A stretch of DNA of 64,000 nt from an uncultured Acidobacteriota bacterium (lineage in GTDB: Bacteria > Acidobacteriota > UBA6911), in the NCBI GenBank assembly GCA_963809485.1, contig CAWEJX010000007.1, forward strand, positions 64,001 to 128,000, in the 5' to 3' direction. The notes under the pieces were generated by a model. It did not search any database and had not been told where the DNA came from. It saw only the letters and a program-made list of their open reading frames with translations. The first letter of the stretch is position 1. Each line of letters begins with the position of its first letter. The position numbers and the translations under genes are program-made. Shown in pieces: positions 39,412 to 50,030 of the stretch.

Positions 39412-41027
39412 ATGATGAAGCGCCCAAATTTAAACCACGCGTCGTTGAGTTTATGGGCATCAAGCTTTCTTTTGTTTGCGTTCATCTCGACATACGCGGC
39501 AAACAACCGGGAAACCGCGTCGTGGACGCGCGCCGTGAAGACATCGAACGGCCCGGTGCGCGGCCGGATCGAACAGGGAGGGCTGCAGGTATTCCAAGGG
39601 GTTCGCTACGGCGCACCGCCGACGGGAGAACATCGATTCAAGCCGCCCCGGAAGCCCGCGTCCTGGACCGCGGTTGCGGCCGCCGCCAATTACGGCGCCC
39701 GCGCGATGCAGGCCACCGGCGGGCTGGGAACTGCGGCCGATGCGCCGAAGATCAGCGAAGACTGCCTCTTCCTCAACGTCTGGACCCCCGGCCTTGACGC
39801 AAAAAAACGCCCGGTCATGGTCTGGCTGCACGGCGGGGGATTCTCTTCAGGATCAGGCGGGGACGCGATCAGTGAAGGCCGTAATCTCGCACGCAAGGGT
39901 GACATCGTGGTTGTCTCGGTGAACCATCGGCTGAACGTTTTCGGTTTTCTTCAACTGAGCAGGGAATGGGGCCCTGATTACGTTTCCTCGGGCCAGGCCG
40001 GCATGCTCGATATCGTCCTGAGCCTCGAATGGGTGCGCGACAATATCCGGCAATTCGGCGGCGATCCCGGCAATGTAACGATATTCGGCGAGAGCGGCGG
40101 CGGACGCAAGGTCGCCATGCTGATGGCCATGCCCGCGGCAAAAGGGCTTTTCCACAAGGCCATCATTCAGAGCGGATCGGGCCTGGATGCGCCGTCCTAC
40201 GAGGAAGCGGTTACAATGGGCCGCGAGTTGCTGAAAAAGCTGGCGATCACGGAAGGCGACGTTAGGGCGCTTGCCGGGCAGACGCGAAGGCAATATTTGA
40301 CGCTCAGCCGCCGGAATCCTCAGGTGCCACACCCCCGGGACGTCTCACTGTGCCGACGGGGGGATTTGTACCCTGCGTCGATGGTGTCGCCCTGCCGCGC
40401 AAACCGTTTATCCCGGACGCGCCGCCGATTTCGTCCGGAGTCCCGCTGCTCATAGGCTCCAACAAGGACGAGATGACGATCTTCAGGTCCAGCGACCCGA
40501 AGTTCGGCACTTCCACGAATGACGAATTTGCGGCGCATGTTCGCAAGGCGCTGCCGGAAAAGGCGGAGGCGCTGATCCCAGCCCTGCGCTCCGCCTTTCC
40601 CGGCTATTCGCCCAGCCACCTGATGACGGCCGCCGATACGATGAAGGGCTATTGGATTGCCACGGTGTTCCAGGCCGAGCGCAAGGCGATGCAGGGCGCC
40701 GCGCCGGTTTACGTTTACCTGCTGGCCTGGGAAACGCCGGTTAATGATGGGCGGCTCCGGTCCCACCACGCGCTGGACCTTCCGCTGGTTTTCAACAATA
40801 TCGAGAGTTCCCGCAGTATGGTCGGTCCCGGTCCGGAGCCGCAGCGTCTGGCCGATCAGATGAGCGCCGCATGGATTGCGTTCGCGCGAACCGGCAATCC
40901 GAACGCGGGCGGTCTGCCCCGGTGGCCGGCCTACGACATCAAAAGCCGCGCAACGATGATATTCAATGTCGAAAGCAAGGTGCAGAACGATCCGTACGGC
41001 GAGATCCGCCAAATTTTGGTGAAATAG
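39412..41027 (+). CDS. Exported carboxylesterase type B; one base missing near 40277
   Basis: Signal peptide, SEDCLFLNVW, WLHGGG, NHRLN, FGESGGG (catalytic Ser); second frame carries GSNKDE and HALDL. Adding one G at gccgggca restores ...AGADAKAIFDAQ...GGFVP. Confidence 0.85.
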
Positions 41028-41039
41028 GCATCAGGGCGG

Positions 41040-41205
41040 GGCCACGATAGTTGCCGGTAGTGTCCCCGGTAAGAGCTCTAAAAAGCCGGACAAAATGAAA
41101 GGTCGAGTAGGCCGCTTCCGATGCGACATCCGAAATCGAGATTGCGCAGGTAAGATTCCGTTCCATGAATTCGACCGCTCGCAAGATGTTCGGCACGTAA
41201 CTCAT
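41040..41205 (-). pseudogene. Truncated AraC-family regulator (first HTH only)
   Basis: MSYVPNILRAVEFMERNL...SDVASEAAYSTFHFVRLFRALTG...Y with an AGGAGA RBS; similarity ends abruptly just before the esterase stop. Confidence 0.75.
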
Positions 41206-41400
41206 GGCCCGTCTCTCCTTGATTTCTTCACTATAGCAGTGTCCTCAAAACCGGTTTTGATCGTTTTTGCTAAATAATCGGGATCCCGGGTCCGGCCATT
41301 ATTTCCCATTGGCGGGTTATCGGTGTAAAATCCTCAGCCATCAGACTTCGGTGTGACTGTTTTGGCCGCATCGGGGCTACACTTTCCAAATTGCCTGGGC

Positions 41401-41772
41401 CTACTTGGCTTCCGCTTTCTTCTTCTCGAATTTCATCCCGTCGTGGCACTGATGGCACAGCGGGGTATCGGCTTTATGCCCGTGATGGCAATCCGTGCAT
41501 TCGACATCGCTGGCTTCGGTCAAATGGTTGTTGTGCGGGTTTCTTTCATAGTCTTTGGTTCTCTCGGCCACCGCCTCCAGCGATGTGTGGCAAGCGAGGC
41601 AGGCTTTTTTCGGAGCGGCAGCCTTAGGCTGTGCCTCTCCGTGGCAGCCTGTGCACTCCATGCCCCGGTTTTTATGGCGATCTGCCGTAACGGCGCCTGC
41701 CTCCTGGGCGATGGCTATCCCGGTCCAGAAAACTGCGACTGCAGCAGTCAAACAGAGTACGCGTCTAATCAT
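41401..41772 (-). CDS. Small tetraheme cytochrome c3 (flavocytochrome c heme subunit)
   Basis: Sec signal ending AIA-QE; four CxxCH motifs (CTGCH, CLACH, CTDCH, CHQCH) plus NPHNNH. Confidence 0.9.
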   Translation of the reverse strand: MIRRVLCLTAAVAVFWTGIAIAQEAGAVTADRHKNRGMECTGCHGEAQPKAAAPKKACLACHTSLEAVAERTKDYERNPHNNHLTEASDVECTDCHHGHKADTPLCHQCHDGMKFEKKKAEAK

Positions 41773-42062
41773 GTATCGAATTCCTTCCTGCCGCGAAACA
41801 TGTTCGCTCTTCAGCAATTATCACCGCTAAGTTGCACCTTGAGCCAATAAGAATATCAGAAGAACCCGCAATTGAAGATGGACTTCCTGCAGAATAGTTT
41901 CAATTTCAACGGATCTGCCGAAACAGACGTATCCCCTTTAGATCTGATAGTTTCAGGAATCCTGGCCCGAAACTCTCCCTAAATTTTTTATAGTGTGCGA
42001 ATCGCATGCCCGGGTGACAGGCATCAGCCTGCTGCCAGCGGCCTGGAACCGGCAACCTCTTT

Positions 42063-43696
42063 TTACTCCATGTCCTTGCCGGCCAGGTGCAGCCCGACGA
42101 GGCGGCCGAAGGTTACGCAGCGGCCGTGACTCAAACCGGGAAAGACCGTGGGATAGTCCACGGCAAACATGTCTCCCTGAACATTGCCCACTGCATAGAG
42201 CCCGCCCAGCGGTTCGTCACGCTCGTCCAGAACCTCAAGTTTTGTGTTTACCCGCAGGCCGCTGGTTGTCGCCAGGAGCGCGCTCTTCATCAGGCCGCCA
42301 TAGAAAGGCGGCTTCTCGATCGGGAACAGAAGCTCCTTGCGCTTGCCGAAGTCCTCGTCCACTCCCTTTTTCACGAGCTCGTTGTAGCGCGCAACCGTTT
42401 TTTTGAAGGCATCGGCCGGCACCTTCATTCTGGCCGCCAGTTCATCCAGCGTGTCCGACTTGAAGGCCAGCCCGGCCTTGATGTTTTCCTCCAGGGCTTC
42501 GATATCCTGGCCGGGCGACCACTCTTCATCCATGTCGCGGCCCGGGTGATCCCAGAAAAAGCCGCCGCCGATGGGGATCGTCTGCGGGACGTATTTCAGA
42601 AAATCGGAATCCAGTATTGTCCAACCGATTCCATCGGTCTGCATCATCATGCCCAGGCAGCATGCCTGGCACGCAAGGTCCTCGTTCTGGTAGCGCAAGC
42701 CGTGTTTGTTCACATGCAGGAAAAAGTAGGGCCAGGCTCCGCCCAGGGTGTGAATCATCGGGGCGTGGGTCCCTTTCTGCATGGCGGCGCCTGCCCACAG
42801 ACCCATCTTGTGCCCGTCACCCACGTTGGCGCCCAGCGGGGTATACACATTGTGGTTCACATAGGTCGCGATCGGGCAGTAGTGGCGCAGCATTTCCGGA
42901 TTGGATCCGTAGTCGCCCGTGGCCATCACAACGCCCCTCTTGGCGATGAAACGGGTGTAGTCGCCGGCCGTTCCGCCGATGACGCCGGTCACCGGTCCTT
43001 TTCCTTCGCGGATCAGGCGGACGCCGGGTGTCCTGTAGCGGAAATCGACGCCCTTCGTCTTGGCGTTTTTCTCCAGTGTTTCCACAACGTCTATGAAGGA
43101 CCCATCCTTCGTGTGAGGACCGCCCAGAATATGGTGGGTGGTCGGGTACTCGAAGTAGTTCGGACCCTTGTATTGAGCTGCCGACATTTTGGCCACCAGT
43201 CCCGCGGGCTCGGTCTGATCCAACATCCAGTCCAACACCTTGCCGCTATGCCGTGTCCAGATCCAGTAAAGCTCCTCTTTGACCTGCTTGTCGCAACTCT
43301 TGATCAGCTCGCGAATGGCTGTGGGAACGTCGATTTTGATGCCCATCTTTTTCTGAACACGGCTGTCGATGGCGGCGATATCGAAGCCGCGTGCCGAAAA
43401 CTTCTTCATCTTTTCAAGCACCACCACCTTGGCGCCGCCCTCGGCCGCCGACAGAGCAGTGACGATTCCCGCAACGCCGGCGCCGATCACCACCACGTCC
43501 GCGGTCACCGTTTTTTTGATTTCGCCGGCCGGAATAGGAGGGGGAGCGATCTCCCAGGACTTCCTGCAGTCAGACTGGGGCTGGCTTCCTTTTGCTCTGC
43601 CGACATCGGGCCGGATACGGCCATACCCGCCATCCCGGAGGCAACCGCCCCTTTTATAAATCCACGACGTCCTATCTTTGATTTCGTTTTGCTCAT
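42063..43696 (-). CDS. Tat-exported FAD-binding flavocytochrome c-type reductase flavin subunit; frameshift near 43560-43580
   Basis: MSKTKSKIGRRGFIKG Tat signal in one frame; KSWEIAPPPIP...DVVVIGAGVAG...VLEK...ATGDYG...GDGHKMGLWAGA...GLYAVGN in the next. Confidence 0.85.
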
Positions 43697-43892
43697 CGCC
43701 CTCTCATCCATATCTCACTCTCTATTCCCTGACACCGGTTTACAAAGACACAAAACGACGACGGATGAACCCGCGCGTTAAGGCAGCCAATACATGATAT
43801 CGCATGAAAAGCAAACTTGAGAGCCGAAATTCAGGAGAGCAAAAACCGACTTCAAAGCCTCCAGGCATCACAGGTGTTGCGCAACCAGGCTC

Positions 43893-44054
43893 TCAGCCTA
43901 CCTTAGTAAACTGGTCCTTGCCCACGCCGCAAAGTGGGCAGACCCAATCGTCCGGCAGTTTTTCGAACGCCGTTCCCTTGGGCACGCCGCTGTCCGGATC
44001 GCCCTCCGCCGGGTCATAAATGTAGCCGCATGCATCACATTCGTATTTATCCAT
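43893..44054 (-). CDS. rub: Rubredoxin
   Basis: [15 protein letters not shown]...[11 protein letters not shown]; GAGG RBS. Confidence 0.96.
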   Translation of the reverse strand: MDKYECDACGYIYDPAEGDPDSGVPKGTAFEKLPDDWVCPLCGVGKDQFTKVG

Positions 44055-44552
44055 AAACACCTCATGGATATTCCTTGAATTTTGTGTCCGGGTCAAACGA
44101 GGCCACAACTATGGCACAACAATATTTGCCTTTGGAAGCCAATTCCGGTCAGATGTTCGTCAGCCCTTTTCAGCGTCCATCGGCGTTAATGGATGCGGTA
44201 GCGATCCGGCCTTGCAGGCTTCCCGGCAGCAGATCCGGGGGAATTCTGATGCACTCCAGCCTCTGGAGCTCTCCAGGAACCGTTCACGAGCCCGGATTCC
44301 CGCACAACCGTATCGTCCGCAGAATATGAGCGACATCCGCAGCATGCCCGAACGTATCTTCTTTTTCTTCAAACTGAATCCCATGTATTATAGCGTCCAC
44401 GGGGCATCGTGATATTTTGATCCGGATTGCCCCGTTCCGGCGCCGGCGGCAGACGGCCGTTTTATCGGGATATTGGCTTCCCGAGTTTGCCTTCAGGTTG
44501 CCGGGGTGCTTCTCTCCGCACAGTGCGGAGGTTTCGCAGAGACCTGGCATTC

Positions 44553-46823
44553 GTGAACAACACAGCCGTATCCGTTAAAAACGTCAGCAAGAAATACCGC
44601 CTGTATGACAGCCCGCAACAGCGGCTCAAGGAAGCCTTGCACCCGTTTCGCAAAAGGCTTCACCACGAGTTCCAGGCGCTCACGGACATTTCTTTCGATG
44701 TGCCGCGGGGTGAAACCTTCGGGATCCTCGGGCGCAACGGCAGCGGCAAAAGCACGCTCCTGCAGATCATCTGCGGCATTCTCCAGCCCACTTCCGGAAG
44801 CGTACTGACCAACGGCCGGATTTCGGCCGTACTCGAGCTGGGAGCCGGTTTCAACCCGGAATTCACGGGCAGGAACAACGTGTATATGAACGGCGCGATC
44901 CAGGGCTTCACCCGGGCGGAGATGGATGCCCGCATGGCGGACATCGAAAGTTTCGCCGACATCGGCGCCTTCATCGGGCAGCCGATGAAAACTTACTCCA
45001 GCGGCATGTACATCCGGCTGGCATTTGCCTGTGCCGTCAACATCAAGCCCGACATCCTGGTGGTGGATGAAGCCCTGAGTGTGGGGGACGTTTTTTTCCA
45101 GCAAAAATGCTACGCGCGGATCCGCGATATCATCGCGGACGGCACGACCTGCATATTCGTTTCGCACGATACCCAGGCGGTGATGAACATCTGCAGTCAG
45201 GCGATCCTGCTTCACGACGGTGCGCTCGCCTTCCAGGGATCTCCGGAGGAGGCAGTCAGCAGGTATTATGCCACCATGGGAAAGCGGGCGCCCGCGCTGC
45301 GCCCGATGGAAATGGAAGAAAAGGACGCCGGGCCGGGCGTTTCAGACCTCATGCTGCCGGAGGAAATTGAAAGGCACACCATCCTGGGGCCGGGCGTGAA
45401 CCGTTACGGAGCAGGCGGCCTGGTCGTGGCGGCTGCGCGGATCACCAACCGCGGGGGAATCGATACCCTCGAAGTCCCGATGATGGAGGCGCTGCATTTT
45501 CACATCCTGCTCCGCGCGAATGCGGAAATTTTCGACCCGAGCACCGGTATCCACCTGTACGACCGTCTCGGCAACCTTGTCTTCGCCACGGGAACGAGGC
45601 AGCTGCGTCACAGGCTGCCGGACATGAAGCCCGGCGAAGAACTCGTGGTACATCTCGAGATCACCTTCAGCGTCCAGCCGGGCGAGTACACATTCACCCT
45701 GGGAGCATCGGAGCCTTCAGACGACGGTCCGAACGTCGCCTACGCACAGGACCGCCTGCAGATGCTCGGGCCGATCCTTGTGACGGCCGACCTCAACAGG
45801 ATTCTGCCTTTTTACGGGATCGCCCGGTTGCCGATGAATGTATCCTACGGCCAGGCTTCCGGCGCGAACCGGGATGCCAAACCTGCGCCCGGCAAATCTG
45901 CGGGACGAACCTCAGCCGCCCGAATCTCATGGATGATGACGCACTGGTGCAGCTATCGATGCAGCTACTGCGGCGTGGAAACCTTTGCCGGGAAAGAACG
46001 CGGCAGGAAAGCCGCCCATGCATTTGATCACTACCCGGTTGAGGCATGGCTGGAAGCGTTCGCGAAATTTCCCCAGCGCGAACTCTATCTGAAAATCACC
46101 GGCGGCGAGCCATTCCTTGACAGGAGGAATCTGATCGCCTTCGTCAACGGTCTGAGCAAGCTGGACAATTTCCGCCGGATCCGTATCGATACTGCGGCCG
46201 TTTGGCATCCGCGAGCATTCGCGGGAATGGAGAAGGGCAAAATCCTGCTGAACGCAAGCTACCATCCGACCCAGGCAGGATTCGAGACTTTCTTTGAAAG
46301 GCTGAAGGAGATACGCGAAGACGGCTTTACGGTAGCGCTCGTGAACTATGTGCTCGCGCCGGAAAATTATGCGTTATTTCCCGATTGTTTTGAAAGGCTG
46401 GAAGGCGCCGGCTTCCTCGTCAATGTTGCAGCGATGATCCCGGCGGGAAAATATGCCGGACGGCATCAACGAGTCGCGGAAGAGATCGATCTCATTAGAA
46501 AGTACTCCCCCCCGATCGACGCCAAATACAGGCTCACCCAGCCGAGGACGAAAGGCCGTCCCTGCCTGCATCCTTCGGTCAGTTACATCATGAGCTTTGA
46601 TGGAGAAATAGCGGTCGAATGCGTCGGCAAGCCATCCAATATTTTCGAGGCCCCGATCCCGGATCTGCCCGAAGGTGCGGTCCAGTGTCCCAAAGAGCAC
46701 TGTTCCGGTTGCTTCGAAATGTATAGAGAACTCCTGGACGAACCCCTCGCGCGCCCCGGAACAAGCCTGGGCTACCTCAGCGAAATTGCTGATGAAATAC
46801 GCCGCTGGCGCCAGGGCGCCTGA
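44553..46823 (+). CDS. Wzt-type polysaccharide ABC ATPase (with Wzt_C domain) fused to a C-terminal radical SAM domain
   Basis: GRNGSGKS, ELGAGFNPEFTGRNN, YSSGM, VDEALSVGD, VSH; Wzt_C region; then WCSYRCSYC, ITGGEPF, ASYHP and terminal C...C...CPKEHCSGC. Confidence 0.85.
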   Translation: MNNTAVSVKNVSKKYRLYDSPQQRLKEALHPFRKRLHHEFQALTDISFDVPRGETFGILGRNGSGKSTLLQIICGILQPTSGSVLTNGRISAVLELGAGFNPEFTGRNNVYMNGAIQGFTRAEMDARMADIESFADIGAFIGQPMKTYSSGMYIRLAFACAVNIKPDILVVDEALSVGDVFFQQKCYARIRDIIADGTTCIFVSHDTQAVMNICSQAILLHDGALAFQGSPEEAVSRYYATMGKRAPALRPMEMEEKDAGPGVSDLMLPEEIERHTILGPGVNRYGAGGLVVAAARITNRGGIDTLEVPMMEALHFHILLRANAEIFDPSTGIHLYDRLGNLVFATGTRQLRHRLPDMKPGEELVVHLEITFSVQPGEYTFTLGASEPSDDGPNVAYAQDRLQMLGPILVTADLNRILPFYGIARLPMNVSYGQASGANRDAKPAPGKSAGRTSAARISWMMTHWCSYRCSYCGVETFAGKERGRKAAHAFDHYPVEAWLEAFAKFPQRELYLKITGGEPFLDRRNLIAFVNGLSKLDNFRRIRIDTAAVWHPRAFAGMEKGKILLNASYHPTQAGFETFFERLKEIREDGFTVALVNYVLAPENYALFPDCFERLEGAGFLVNVAAMIPAGKYAGRHQRVAEEIDLIRKYSPPIDAKYRLTQPRTKGRPCLHPSVSYIMSFDGEIAVECVGKPSNIFEAPIPDLPEGAVQCPKEHCSGCFEMYRELLDEPLARPGTSLGYLSEIADEIRRWRQGA

Positions 46824-46860
46824 CAACCTTGAACGGCATTGTCTTACCCGGCAATTCCGC

Positions 46861-48312
46861 TTAGCGACCGCGCATAAACAACGTAAATCCTTTGAGAGTG
46901 TACAGGGTCCAGGCAGGATCCCGGCTCGCCTGATCTCTGAAACCGGCGCATGGATCGAAGACCGGACTGTTGAAGCAAACGACAATACGGCGCTTTATGC
47001 CTGGCTTCGCCAGAGATCCGAGGGCGGGATTCAAATCTGTATAAATGTATTCCTTTAATTGGGGATAATAATATCCAAGCAGAGGATATATCTGCGGAAC
47101 CGAGACTATATCTCCTGGGTGTAGATTCCTGCGGAGAAATGCCGCTGCGCCGCGCCAATCCACGGGCTCATGATGAGCGTGCACGTAGCTGGTCCAGATG
47201 GACCCGCACATCAATAACACGGCAAATGCGGTCGCGTAAGCACCGGCTTTGGCCGGGGGATGCGCAAGAACCGCAAACCGTTTCCCAAGGTGGAACAGCC
47301 CGTATCCGCACAGGAGAACAATGGGAGGGAGGACATGCAGCAAATGACGAATCGAAAAGAAATAGCCTGCCCATATCTCAATTCCAAACAGCAGGGGGAC
47401 GGGCACAATCAGCCAGGTCAGAAGCCAAATCAGTTTGTATTTCTGGTTGTGGCGCATGAGCGCCCGAATGCCGAGAATTGTGCCAGCCATAAGCAGTGCG
47501 GAAACAGGATAACTGCGATCACCCAATTCCTTAATAATCAGCAACGGCAGTTTGGGATCCATTATTGCGGATGAGGGCGCAAGGGCCGGTCTGTAAAACG
47601 TGTATTGGATCCACGGGACAAAAGCTATCAGAGAGAGGACGCCAACGACGCACCAGATCAAATAATCCGATATGGGGATGGGCCCGAAAGCGGCGCCGGC
47701 TCTCGTCAGTGCTCGTTCCGGCGGATCCGTAGAATCAGGTTTAAGCAAAAGCGTGAAGCCAATAGCTGCAAATTGCGCGGTCAGTATCAAAGCGCCAAGA
47801 TAGCTGGTATAGAGAATCAGGATGTCTGCGGCCAATATCGGGATCCAGCCGGACCATCGCCGGCGCTGTCCGAACAAATGCCGGAATAGCAGATCATAGG
47901 AGATCAGAGACATCAAAAGCAGCAAAGAGTATGGTCGAGCCTCCTGGCTGAAGTGGACCGCCAGTGGGAAGAATGCAGACAGCAAAGCCGAAAAGACAGC
48001 TACCCGCGCGCCAAATAAAAAGAAAGCGAGACGATAGAAATATACTATTGCCAAAGTCCCGAAAAGGGCTGCATGGAAACGTATCGCCCATGTGGAATCC
48101 CCCGCAAGCCAGGTAACACCTCTCTGCATCAGGAAATCCAGAGGTGCAGCCAAATCCATCCCGTTCCGCAGCCTCGAAAGAATCTCCAACGGGGCAGCAT
48201 TCTGAATCATTGCAGCCTGCATTAGTTCATCAATCCATAGTTGACGGGAGCCCAAAAAAAGGAGCCTGTGCAGGAAACCGATTCCAATAATCAGGCCGAT
48301 GGCTTTCTTCAT
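46861..48312 (-). CDS. GT-C fold membrane glycosyltransferase (GT39/PMT-like)
   Basis: LWIDE, APL, AIRF, FSQEARPYSL, DWRGAA; many TM segments. Confidence 0.82.
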   Translation of the reverse strand: MKKAIGLIIGIGFLHRLLFLGSRQLWIDELMQAAMIQNAAPLEILSRLRNGMDLAAPLDFLMQRGVTWLAGDSTWAIRFHAALFGTLAIVYFYRLAFFLFGARVAVFSALLSAFFPLAVHFSQEARPYSLLLLMSLISYDLLFRHLFGQRRRWSGWIPILAADILILYTSYLGALILTAQFAAIGFTLLLKPDSTDPPERALTRAGAAFGPIPISDYLIWCVVGVLSLIAFVPWIQYTFYRPALAPSSAIMDPKLPLLIIKELGDRSYPVSALLMAGTILGIRALMRHNQKYKLIWLLTWLIVPVPLLFGIEIWAGYFFSIRHLLHVLPPIVLLCGYGLFHLGKRFAVLAHPPAKAGAYATAFAVLLMCGSIWTSYVHAHHEPVDWRGAAAFLRRNLHPGDIVSVPQIYPLLGYYYPQLKEYIYTDLNPALGSLAKPGIKRRIVVCFNSPVFDPCAGFRDQASRDPAWTLYTLKGFTLFMRGR

Positions 48313-48566
48313 AGCAAGGCGTGCTTCAATATTGGATTCTGGAGCCTTATGGCTGTTGTAAGAATTCGGGTTCGATAAAATGTCAGGCCCCTATGCTTTT
48401 GCATGTAGATTTTGTGATCTGAAATTCCGTCCAAGGCTCATTTCCCGGGGAATCCAGGCCATTAAAATCCGGCTGCAGCTTTCAGTGGTCCGGGCCCAAT
48501 GTGGTGCCTGCAATATAAAATGCATTTGCCCGATGACTATCCGGAATGCCTTGTGTCCTTCCTGAA

Positions 48567-49799
48567 TTATTTCCGGGCTCTTGCTGCAAGTGCCCTGTTC
48601 CCGAGCTCCGGAAGAAAAAGGACCGGCGCAATGATCAGGACGCTGCAAAGAGCCGCCAGCCCGAAGAGGACCGTAACATTCGGGCCTGCCAGCGGGGTAA
48701 TGATAAAGGTCGGGATCAGGACGGCGCCGAACACCTGCAGGCTGGAAATGATGCCGCCCGCGCTGCCCGCATAAACAGCGCCGATTTCAGGCAACAGCAT
48801 GGGAAGCGAGAAAATCAGCGGCGCGATGGCAGTCTGCATGAAACCTGCCAGGATCAGGGCGATGACGAGGGCCGCGCCCACCGGCAGTTGCCAGGACCAG
48901 AACGCGCCTGCGGCGCCCAGCAGGGCGATAAGGATCAGGTATGGTTTCATGACACCCATGCGGTTGCAGATCAACGGACCCATGAAGCTGCCGAAGATGC
49001 CTCCGAAAGTGCCCAGGGAGCCATAGAAGCCTGCCTTTACCGGATCGATGCTATGCAGGTCATGCAGCACGTTCGGGAGAAAAGTATTAAAGGTCATCGA
49101 GCAGCCCATGACAAAGAACAGGCAGATGCCGCCCATCCAGATGCTTTTGCTGCGGGCAGCCTTGCCGAGATACTGGATTGCGGGCAGGACCGGCAGGTCG
49201 GGCGCTCCTTCAGGCTTGTTCCTGGCGAGCAGCGCCCAAAGGATAAGAATGACAAGGCAGACCACACCTGAAAAAATAAAGGCGCTGCCTTCCGAGGGAA
49301 AGAGCGCCGTAGTGGCCGTCCCCAAAAAACTGGCGAGCATGGGGCTGATCATGTAGAGACCCACAACGGTGCCCATCTGCTCAGGAGGGAACCAGGCGCC
49401 GAACAGCTTTGCGAGGTTGCTGGTCAGAAGAGACGAGGCGATTCCAACCAGGAGCATCAGGAATAGAAACGGCCAGAACGACGTTACGCCGTAGCGGAAG
49501 GTGCAGCCGATTGCGGCGAGGACCAGGCCGACGGTGATGACTTTCTTCATGCCATAACGGTCGGCCAGGGTGCCTCCAAGGATACTGATTATGATGGAAC
49601 CCGTCATCGGGCCGGCCATCAGCGCTGCAAACTGTGACGTCGATATGTGCAGAGCGGGCATAAGTTTATATGCCAGCGGCGGGAGTTGGAATTGCGCATA
49701 GCTGCCGATGAATCCGGCCAGCATCGCGACACCCAGGATCACCCACCTGTAAGGTACTATGACCGGCTTCCCAAAATCGCTCATTTTTTGGCGCCTCAT
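48567..49799 (-). CDS. MFS transporter
   Basis: About 12 hydrophobic segments; GTLADRYGMK motif A; WFP. Confidence 0.88.
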   Translation of the reverse strand: MRRQKMSDFGKPVIVPYRWVILGVAMLAGFIGSYAQFQLPPLAYKLMPALHISTSQFAALMAGPMTGSIIISILGGTLADRYGMKKVITVGLVLAAIGCTFRYGVTSFWPFLFLMLLVGIASSLLTSNLAKLFGAWFPPEQMGTVVGLYMISPMLASFLGTATTALFPSEGSAFIFSGVVCLVILILWALLARNKPEGAPDLPVLPAIQYLGKAARSKSIWMGGICLFFVMGCSMTFNTFLPNVLHDLHSIDPVKAGFYGSLGTFGGIFGSFMGPLICNRMGVMKPYLILIALLGAAGAFWSWQLPVGAALVIALILAGFMQTAIAPLIFSLPMLLPEIGAVYAGSAGGIISSLQVFGAVLIPTFIITPLAGPNVTVLFGLAALCSVLIIAPVLFLPELGNRALAARARK

Positions 49800-50030
49800 C
49801 TCTCAGATATTCTTCAGGATATTCGGATATCGGACCGCGTCTGTTTTTAGGATAGTTGACCTTACATCGTGTCAAGCGTCCTTTGCAAGGCTTTGCCCAA
49901 ATTTCCGGAGCTTTTTCGATATCCGGGCCCTATCGCCATTGAAATATGCTACTACCGACATGGACAAACTATGCCATAATCACCATCATTCTAGGGCTTT
50001 CCACAACAGTTTCGGAAAGGAGAAGGTCAA

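Noticed and set aside
42087-43781. 564-aa plus-strand ORF
   Set aside because: Antisense to the flavocytochrome flavin subunit; no recognisable motifs.
44112-44130. Possible sigma54 promoter TGGCAC...TTGC
   Set aside because: The spacing is 8 nt rather than the required 5.
44160-44550. Small Cys-containing ORFs between rubredoxin and the Wzt fusion
   Set aside because: No recognisable family or convincing RBS; not a wzm remnant as far as I can see.
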